Of a DNA stretch of 64,000 nucleotides, positions 55,354-64,000 are shown in pieces; the first letter of the stretch is position 1, and each line of letters opens with the position of its first letter. The stretch is from the NCBI GenBank assembly GCA_951406725.2, contig OX597827.1, positions 75,454,001-75,518,000 on the forward strand. Direction: 5' to 3'. The notes beneath the pieces are model-generated. The model was not told the DNA's origin. It made no database searches and saw nothing but the letters and a program-made list of their open reading frames with translations. The stretch comes from Octopus vulgaris (Eukaryota). The translations under genes were made by a program, and so were the position numbers.

Positions 55354-56885
55354 ATATTATAGAAAACAATGTATTATATCTCTCAAGTTTGTGAAAGACA
55401 GTTCTGCAATTTCTCATCAAACAACTTGCTCAGATGGTTTTTTTATGGTGATCAAACGTTTGTGCTTTACTTTAGCCAACCCCTTCCATCAAATTGACAT
55501 TGTTTGTACAAGTGCATGGTGTGCCACCAGTCAGATGTCAAAGTGACTGCAGGGCAAAATGAAATATAATGTTTTACTCATGAACATAACACACTACCCA
55601 GTTTGGGAATTGAAACCAAAACCTTGCAATCGTGAGAACCCTAACCATTACACTTTTCCACTACACTTTTCTATTAACTAACTACTTAAAAGAATTGTTT
55701 TCAGAGAGGTCACATATGGAAACACCATTAACATAACATTTAATCAGCTGCTAACTTACTCTATAAAATATTTTCCTGCATAAGCCTGACTTGACACTAA
55801 TTAATTTAAGTTACATTCATATTGCAGCTTATTAATATTAATAATATGAATGGTTCTATGACTGAAAATTAAAATTCTACAATAATTTTTTTCAATTTAA
55901 GAGTTTATACAAATTACATAACTCAAATCTCTAAAATGATAAAAACGTAAATTTATGCAAGAATAATATGTAAGTTACGTAAAAAGAAATTTCTGGAAGA
56001 TTGTGTATTAGAATAAAAATAAAAATACATGAGATTGAGAGTGTATGAGAGAAAGAAAAGACAGAGAGAGAGAGAAGTGGGGGGAAATAGAGAGAGAAAT
56101 TGCAACATTGTGTCAATGTGAACAATCAGTGTACAACAAGAGTGTAAGAGAGATCGTTGTGCAGCAACAGACTAAATTCCTCGCAGTATTTAGTTTATAT
56201 CTCATTACATTCTAAGTTTAAGTTATGCTGAAGTCGACTCTGCCTTTCATCTTTCTGGGTGTCAAATGACTTTCTGAGTAGAATTAAAATAATTACCAAT
56301 CATAGACTAGAACTAATTTAACCAACATTTTGCCCACGATTTGCAGTTTTATGCCTGTGTTAGAAACCATTTTTCTTTTTTCTTATATCTTGATTGATGT
56401 GGTCTGGCTGAAGGGACAGTGCCCATGGCTTTTAGAGATAATGTGGGACTGGTGAGAGTGATACAGTGAATGTTCCTGTTAAACGGTTGCAAGTTGACAG
56501 CTGCAAGAAAAACGCGTGCAGTGAAAGGATTCCAGTGGGAAGGCAATTAGGGAGTAAGGACCGGGTGCACTCGTTAGTGCTGGATCTGTGGACTGGGTGG
56601 AATGGTTAATGTTGGATCTGTGGTGGAAGGGGACACCATGGATGATGAGAGTAGGAGAGACAAGTGAGTTGGAAGGGCTTAAGTTGAGGTGGCAAGAGGT
56701 AAGCCAGCTCTGGGGAGAAGAGGCCACTCATCTGATTCACATGAAGTCACTCACTCCTACATTCTTGTGCATGCATGTATGTATACTTTATGCTGTATTT
56801 AATCAATGAACCTTTTATTCAGAGAACCACTGCCCCTTTTATTGCAGGTCTCAGTCACTTAAGAGTACCCAGGGGTCAAAACAGA

Positions 56886-56963
56886 ATGTCGACGGACATA
56901 AAGAAGAATTCAGTTATACTCTTCAAATCTCCGGCAGAAGGTGAAAACGACATATTTCTGGCG
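56886..56963 (+). CDS. UROS: Uroporphyrinogen-III synthase, first coding exon (MSTDIKKNSVILFKSPAEGENDIFLA); exon probably starts at 56848 with 5' UTR
   Basis: Acceptor cccttttattgcag ends at 56847, ATG at 56886, phase-0 donor GCG|gtaggt at 56964. The peptide resembles the UROS N-terminus (human [21 protein letters not shown], from memory), and its phase joins the next exon. Confidence 0.8.
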
Positions 56964-58545
56964 GTAGGTCATGGATTTGTTGTCTCTTTGCTCTTTCCCA
57001 GTGACTGATTTATTGTCCCCATAATGTGTAAGTGACACCCTTGCCTTCAGATCACCACCAACCTTACTATATAAGCTGATGAAAGGAGCCTTTATGCAGT
57101 CACTCAACCTGCAAGTGATAGCAGCCAACTCGCCCTCAGATCATAACATACTGCCTTACATAATGGAAGAACAACACTGAATAATGTAATCATTGATGTA
57201 CAAAAAGATGTGATGGTCAAGGTTGGACCATCTTTGATCAGAGCCAACCTGGAGCCAAACATGTTGGTTCTCAATCATTCTCTATACAGCTACAATAATC
57301 GGGATTAACAAACCACTGAGAGAGCCTTGATATGGTCATTTGACATGTTAGAAATAACAGCCAAATCTTCTTCACATCACATCATTCCAGATTAAGGAAG
57401 AAAAACCGCATTTAATAATGTAGTCCTAGATACACTATGTCTGACTACATAAAAGATTGTGTGGTCATAGCTGGAAGAATTTTAATATTAGGTCTACTGG
57501 TTCAGGAATGATGTGGGGCTATATCACAACACCACCACCATTAACACTGAATAATGTTGTCCTAGATACACATGTGAAGGTGCATGGCTCAGTGGTTAGA
57601 GCATCAAGCTCATAATCATGAGGCTGTGTGTTGTGTTCTTAAGCAAGACACTTTATTTCACATTATTCCAGTTCACTCAGCTGTAGAAATAAGTTGCAAC
57701 GTCACTGGTGCCAAGCTGTATCGGCCCCTTTGCCTTTCCCTTAAATAACATCGGTGGCATGGAGCGGGGAGGCTGGTATGCATGGATGACTGCTGGCCTT
57801 CCATAAACAACCTTGCCCAGTCTTGTGTCAAAGAGGGGAACTTTCTAGGTGCAATCCCATGGTCATTCACAACCAAAGGGGTCTTTACCCTTTTACTCTA
57901 GATATTCTTATAAAGTCTGCCTTAGGCATGCAGGCTCATGAGGCCAGAACAGATCTAGATTTTGTAAGACTCCCCAACATCTGTGACACCTGTTCATCAC
58001 AAGCTTAACCCCCAGAGCACCACTGGTACTCATTTTCCTCCAAGTAGACTGGAGCAATGTGAAATGAAGTTCCTTGCTCAAGGACACAATATGCTGCCCA
58101 GTTCAAGAGCCAAACCCATGACCTAATGATTGTGAGTCCAACACCCGAACCACTAGGATCTAACTCAGAAAAAAAACAAACAGGATGGTCACAACTGGAA
58201 TGTCTTTGATCATAGATCTGTTGGATCAAAACTGAGCTAAGTTAAGCAAAAACAACAGCAACATTAACAATGGATAATGTAGTCTGAGGTATGGTATGTA
58301 TGAATTAAAGATGTGAGTGTCACGGCTGGAAGGTCCTTGATTGTAGGCCTGCTATATAGAGCTGACCTGAGGCTAAACTACAACATTAATTATTGGTCAT
58401 TGTCCTCGTTATTGAGATCAGCTTATCCTTTCTTCCTGCTAAGGACAATGAAATAGAGTACCAGTCATGACCTGGGGGTCAATTAAAAACAGCTGACCCC
58501 TCCAGCTTTGTGCCTACTTTAGAAATTATTATTCTTGTTGTTGTT

Positions 58546-58900
58546 AAGGCAGTGAGCTGGCAGGATTGTTAGCGCACTGGACAAAATTCTGAGTTCAAAT
58601 TCCGCCAAGGTCAACTTTGCCTTTCATCCTTTCTAGGTCAATAAATTAAGTACCAGTGATACACTGAGATCGATATAATCGACTTGTCCCCACCCCACAA
58701 ATTTAAGGCTGTGTGCCTCCAATAGAAAGGATTATTGTTGCTGTTGTTATTAAGGTGGTGAACTGACAGAATCATTAGCATGTCAGACAAAATGTTAAGT
58801 GGCATTTCTTCCAACTCTTTACATTCTGAGTTCAAATCCTGCTGAGGTCAACTTTGCCTTTCATCCTTTTGAGGTCAATATAACAAAGTACCTGTCAAGT
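58546..58900 (+). mobile_element. Tandem older SINE-B copies
   Basis: Two gagttcaaat.c.gc..aggtcaactttgcctttcatcc cores. Confidence 0.75.
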
Positions 58901-59260
58901 ATTGGTATTGATAAAATTCTGTGCCAGTGGCACGTAAAAAGCACCATCCGCTCGTGGCCGTTTGCCAGCCTCGTCTGGCACGTAAAAAGCACCCACTACA
59001 CTCATGGAGTGGTTGGCGTTAGGAAGGGCATCCAGCCGTAGAAACATTGCCAGATCAGACTGGGCCTGGCGCAGACTTCTGGCTTCCCAGACCCCAGTTG
59101 CACCATCCAACCCATGCTAGCATGGAAAGCAGACGCTAAACGATGATGATGATGATAATTAACTGTTCCCTTCATTCAAATTTCAAACTTTGGCCTATGT
59201 TAAAACCATTATCGTTGCCTTAGAGGACCTTCACCGTGTTCTTATGTTTTCTCTTTGCAG

Positions 59261-59444
59261 GAATTACAGAAATCTCAACTGTCTGTCTACGTTGTACCTG
59301 TGCTGTCGTTTCGGTCTTTGCACACAGATGTCTTGGCACAAAAACTCAGTGGAGATGCTAATAACAAATACAGTGGCATCATTTTCACTAGTACTCGTAG
59401 TGTGATGGTACTGGAGTCTGCCATTCAGCAACTAACAGCATCCA
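59261..59444 (+). CDS. UROS: Uroporphyrinogen-III synthase, second coding exon (ELQKSQLSVYVVPVLSFRSLHTDVLAQKLSGDANNKYSGIIFTSTRSVMVLESAIQQLTAS)
   Basis: Acceptor ttttctctttgcag| and donor CA|gtaagt; 184 nt, phase 0 to 1. Motifs PVLSF and YSGIIFTS.R.V match the HemD/UROS signatures (human IPVLSFEF...DYGGLIFTSPRAV). Confidence 0.92.
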
Positions 59445-59483
59445 GTAAGTCATCTTTGAGCTAAACTTTTTAAATGTTTTGAT

Positions 59484-59646
59484 AGGCGCAGGAGTGGCTG
59501 TGTGGTAAGTAGCTTGCTTACGAACCACATGGTTCTGGGCTCAGTCCCACTGTGTGGCACCTTGGGCAAGTGTCTTCTACTATAGCCTCGGGCCGACCAA
59601 AGCCTTGTGAGTGGATTGGGTAGACGGAAACTGAAAGAAGCCCATC

Positions 59647-59688
<42 letters not shown>

Positions 59689-61483
59689 TCATCATCATCG
59701 TTTAACATCCGTTTTCCGCGCTAGCACGGGTTGGACGGTTTCGACCGGGGTCTGGGGAGCTCGGGACTGCCCCAGGCTCCAGTCTAGTCTGGCAGTGTTT
59801 CTACAGCTGGATGCCCTTCCTAACGCCAACCACTCTGCGAGTGTAGTGGGTGTTTTTTACGTGCCACCTGCACAGGTGCCAGAGGGGTCTGGCATCGGCC
59901 ACGTTCGGATGGTGCTTTTTTTATGGGCGGGGTGCAGAAATATAGGGGAGCACCAGTGGGAGGGGTGGTTCAGAGGACAGGTACTAGGCAAGTAGAACGT
60001 AGGATATCGAGAGAGGGGTAATGCATGGTGAAATAGCGTATTGAAGAGGGGGGTTCAAAGAGTAGACACCTATAATGGTGGTGGGGGGTGCAGAAATATA
60101 GGGGAGCACCAGTGGGAGGGGTGGTTCAGAGGACAGGTTCTAGGCAAGTAGAACGTAGGATATCGAGAGAGGGGTAATGCATGGTGAAATAGCGTATTGA
60201 AGAGGGGGGTTCAAAGAGTAGACACCTATAATGGTGGTGGGGGGGTGCAGAAATATAGGGGAGGAGCACCAGTGGGAGGGGTGGTTCAGAGGACAGGTTC
60301 TAGGCATGTAGAACGTAGGATATCGAGAGAGGGGTAATGCATGGTGAAATAGCGTATTGAAGAGGGGGGTTCAAAGAGTAGACACCTATAATGGTGGTGG
60401 GGGGTGCAGAAATATAGGGGAGCACCAGTGGGAGGGGTGGTTCAGAGGACAGGTTCTAGGCAAGTAGAACGTAGGATATCGAGAGAGGGGTAATGCATGG
60501 TGAAATAGCGTATTGAAGAGGGGGTTCAAAGAGTAGACACCTATAATGGTGGTGGGGGGTGCAGAAATATAGGGGAGCACCAGTGGGAGGGGTGGTTCAG
60601 AGGACAGGTTCTAGGCAAGTAGAACGTAGGATATCGAGGGAGGGGTAATGCATGGTGAAATAGCATATTGAAGAGGGGGGTTCAAAGAGTAGACACCTAT
60701 AATGGTGGTGGGAGAAACGACATCCGGTATAGTTGGAGCAAAATAGAGATATCCGGTATTGGCGGTGGTGGGGGTGGGCAGGGCGGGCGCGCCGCGAAGA
60801 ACCGGCGGCCAATTTCTAATCAGCCCTGTAAGGGAGATAGATCTTAAATATCTATAACGATAACTAGTGAATTATACAGAATATGCAAAAACGAGGCGAG
60901 GCTGAAATAGTAAACAGAGTGGCGACTAGGGGGATCAGAATAATAATAATTAATAAATAATAATAATAAATAGAGATACGGATGAATTAAAGTTCAAAGA
61001 TTTCTTATCTTGGGATCACTTCGTTTACGGACAGACTTGGCAAAAGGAATTCGGAATCAAGAATGAGGCAGGTTACTAGCTTAAGTATGCATAGCCATGG
61101 CGAGGAGTAGGAAGAGAAGGAGTCCAGACAGACAATGTAAAAAGAGGGGGAGAGAAACCCCGCGAAGAATCGGCAGCCAATTTCTAATCAGCCCTGTAAG
61201 GGAGATAGATCTTAAATATCTATAACGATAACTAGTGAATTATATATATATATATGTGTGTGTGTGTATATGTTTGTGTGTCTGTGTTTGTCCCACACAA
61301 CATCGCTTGGCAACCGATGCTGGTGTGTTTACGTCCCTGTAACTTAGCAGTTCGGCAAAATAGACCGATAGAATAAGTACTAGGCTTACAAAGAATAAGT
61401 CCTGGGGTCGATTTGTTCGACTAAAGGCGGTGCTCCAGCATGGCCGCAGTCAAAATGACTGAAACAAGTAAAAGAGTAAAAAG
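59484..61483 (+). mobile_element. SINE-A split into 5' half (59484-59650) and 3' half (61255-61483) by ~1.55 kb of nested sequence
   Basis: The halves are collinear with the family consensus, and both breakpoints lie in the internal (TA)n tract. Confidence 0.8.
59929..60711 (+). repeat. G-rich ~156-bp minisatellite, 5 copies
   Basis: gcagaaatatagggg recurs at 59934, 60090, 60248, 60406 and 60561. Copies are near-identical. Confidence 0.95.
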
Positions 61484-62096
61484 ACTGTTGTTTAATCCCA
61501 GCTCAACACTAGCTGAGCAGACTTATGATCAAAACTTTTCCAGCCATGACCATCTCACCATTCGGATTCAGTCCTTATTTCACGTTAGGCTACAATATCC
61601 GGCAGGCCCTTTTGGTTTGTTTTTAAAAGACGGTGATGTGTGATTTGAGAGAGATTTAGCTACTATTTCTTGCAAATCAAGCAGCAAAATATGGTCTTTC
61701 AAATGTTGTTGTTGTTGTTGTTTAGCCCCAGGTCAGCCCAGTCATCAAATCTGTGAGCAAAGGCTTTCCATCTGTGACTATCCTATACTTTTATGCAGTA
61801 GATCGGACAACAGTGCCTCATGGAGCTTCAGGTGTTTTCGCTCAATAAACACTCACGACACCTGGTCTGGGAATCGAAACCACGATCCTACGACCGCGAG
61901 TCCGCTGCCCTAACCACTGGGCCATTGTGCCTCCACAGTTACTGATACTAGGCTGGGTTCATCTTTCTTTTGATGGGGCTTATATTTGTCCTGCTGGGTT
62001 TCCAACAACCCTTTGGTAACCTCATCAGGCTGTCGACGTTCGGTGGGGAGCCTGTTTAGTCACCAATGAACCAGATTAAAACAGATTACATGTTAC

Positions 62097-62328
62097 CTAT
62101 TTCTTTACTACCCACAAGGGGCTGAACACAGAAGGGACAAACAAGGACAGACAAACGGATTAAGTCGATCACATCAACCCCAGTGCGTAACTGGTACTTA
62201 TTTAATCGACCCCGAAAGGATGAAAGGCAAAGTTGACCTCGGCGGAATTTGAACTCAGAACGTAGCGACAGACGAAATACTGCTGAGCATTTCGCCTGAC
62301 GTGCTAACGATTCTGCCAGCTCGCCGCC
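62097..62328 (-). mobile_element. SINE family B with TSD agattacatgttac
   Basis: Reverse-complement consensus with the direct repeat on both flanks. Confidence 0.9.
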
Positions 62329-62377
62329 AGATTACATGTTACCAGTTAGCAGTCATCTGTGACTGAACACATATACA

Positions 62378-62413
<36 letters not shown>

Positions 62414-62541
62414 TGACTGTCATCAATACCATCATCATCACCACCATCACCATCATCTCTTTCATCAACGTTTACATCATCATCATCACCATCATCATCA
62501 TTGTCATTTCGATGCATCTCTTGTTGTTTTATCCACTCTAG

Positions 62542-62604
62542 GTAAGAAGACAACCTGCAAGGACCTGAAATGTTTTGTAGTCGGCAAGAGTACGGCGACC
62601 TCAG
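62542..62604 (+). CDS. UROS: Uroporphyrinogen-III synthase, third coding exon (S-KKTTCKDLKCFVVGKSTATS); gene continues past the window
   Basis: Acceptor ttgttttatccactctag| and donor CAG|gtagag; 63 nt, phase 1 to 1, in frame with the previous exon. CFVVGKSTA matches the conserved UROS YVVGNATA motif. Confidence 0.88.
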
Positions 62605-62895
62605 GTAGAGTACAACTTATCTGACCATGTATATATTTATATTCCTCTACATTTAAGGCCAGCTGATGAAATGGCTGGGGTTTTCACCCAGATTGTACCT
62701 GAGTTGTACATCCATTTAGTTTTGTAAATGTGTGTGTGTGTGTCTGTGTGTGTATCTGTGAGTGTGTAGAGGGGAAAAAGATCATACCCTGCTATTATTA
62801 TTATGCGTGTGTGTGTATATATGTATGTATATTTATATATATATATGTACATTTATATATGCATATATAGATATATATATATATATATATATATA

Positions 62896-63190
62896 TGCCG
62901 GAGTAAACACATATATGTGAAACAAGGTGGAAAAAAGAGTACTCAAATACCAGTGGTAGAGTAATATGCTTTATTTAAAGCAGCAGAAAATTCAACAAAA
63001 CCTGTTACTCTGAGTTTCCCGTTGCCGTTCATCGGACAGTTTTTGCTAGAATGGAACCGTTATGTCAATTCTATCCAGTCTGGATAGAATTGACATATCG
63101 GTTCCATTCTAGCAAAAACTGTCCGATGAATGGCAACGGGAAACTCAGAGTAACAGGTTTTGTTGAATTTTCTGCTGCTTTAAATAAAAT
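62896..63190. mobile_element. (TA)n-embedded foldback element with 109-bp inverted arms, each carrying a hammerhead-like motif
   Basis: 62970-63078 is the reverse complement of 63080-63188 (2 mismatches, 1-nt loop). The arm motif is ctgt-CCGATGA-a(c/t)ggcaacgg-GAAAC-tcaga-GTA-acag. Confidence 0.85.
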
Positions 63191-63212
63191 ATATATATAT
63201 ATATATATATTA

Positions 63213-63545
63213 TCTCTATATATATAAAACTGAGAATGTGTGTCTGTCTGTGTGTTTCCCTAAAACTTGATAACTACACAACTAATTTCATTCAAATTTC
63301 ACACATGCCTTTTAACTTTTTGCCTAGGGCGAGCCCACAGTAATATCATATCTTCTCCATTCTGATTCCCTAAAACTTGAGAACTACAGAACCAGTTTCA
63401 TTCAAATTTTACACATGCCTTACTTAGGGTCCATGTAGTATCATGGGCAAAAAAAATGTTTAACTTCTTGCCTAGAGCGAGCCCACAGCAGTATCATATC
63501 TTCTCCACTATTTCAGTATTACGTGTTAAAAGTGAAACAAAAGTA
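63213..63545 (+). mobile_element. Helitron-like 5' fragment with internal duplication; opposite-orientation Helitron-like 3' end at 63965-64000
   Basis: tctctatatatataaaa...tgtctgtctg start and a duplicated ttccctaaaacttga.aactaca block. actagcagcatagcccagcgttgcccggg matches the 19897/20273 termini. Confidence 0.5.
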
Positions 63546-63566
63546 TATCCCTATTGTATATATATG

Positions 63567-63624
<58 letters not shown>

Positions 63625-64000
63625 AAATATAAAGTTATATCTTGAGATCGTTAGTGACAACAACGCTCAAAATATATAACAGACTGGAACAGTAGTGCTC
63701 AAATGAGCTGTATACACTTTTTAATCCAAGGGGAGGCAATGCAAGCAGCAACTACAAAATCCACAGAAAGATCAAACACATACATATATTCATATATATC
63801 TACAGAACAGACATAAAGCCCAACATTTAAAAATATATAGTAATATATAAATATATAAACATCATATAAAAATATATTGTACGCATAAGATCCACTTGAT
63901 GTTCTGTAAGAAATTTAGAAATAAAAGTTAGAGGTAATAATAACAATTGAGTTAAATATAGTAAACTAGCAGCATAGCCCAGCGTTGCCCGGGTATGTAA

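Noticed and set aside
61990-62035. CTGATGA...GAAAC on the - strand as a possible hammerhead
   Set aside because: Stems II and III and the NUH/stem I closure cannot be formed.
62382-62541. Poly-His ORF upstream of the third UROS exon
   Set aside because: Intronic (CAT)n/(CAC)n microsatellite, in a different frame context and upstream of the acceptor.

Overview
Repeat-dense, AT-rich eukaryotic (animal) genomic DNA. The SINE families and the very long (TA)n/(CA)n/(TACA)n microsatellites point to an octopus (coleoid cephalopod) genome; this is inference. Nearly all ORFs in the supplied track are artefacts of microsatellites or repeats. Two spliced genes can be read from the sequence, arranged head-to-head. 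(1) On the + strand are the first three coding exons of uroporphyrinogen-III synthase (UROS; 56886-56963, 59261-59444, 62542-62604), continuing beyond the window. (2) On the - strand is a complete two-exon, 200-aa gene (43131-43115 joined to 32780-32195) whose product looks like a divergent CARD + death-domain adaptor with CRADD/RAIDD-like architecture. The rest is a nested mosaic of at least five SINE-like families, CR1, RTE, Tx1/L1 and Penelope-like LINE relics, two solo LTRs with 4-bp TSDs, mariner and pogo relics, hAT, piggyBac and Mutator-like MITEs, Helitron-like ends and minisatellites. The most notable unannotated signals are: a family of microsatellite-embedded elements carrying minimal type-I hammerhead ribozyme motifs (one in the sense strand of each gene's intron, one forming a 109-bp-arm foldback), a recursive-splice-like AG|GTAAGA at a UROS exon start, and an X-box/GC-box island between two giant TA arrays.
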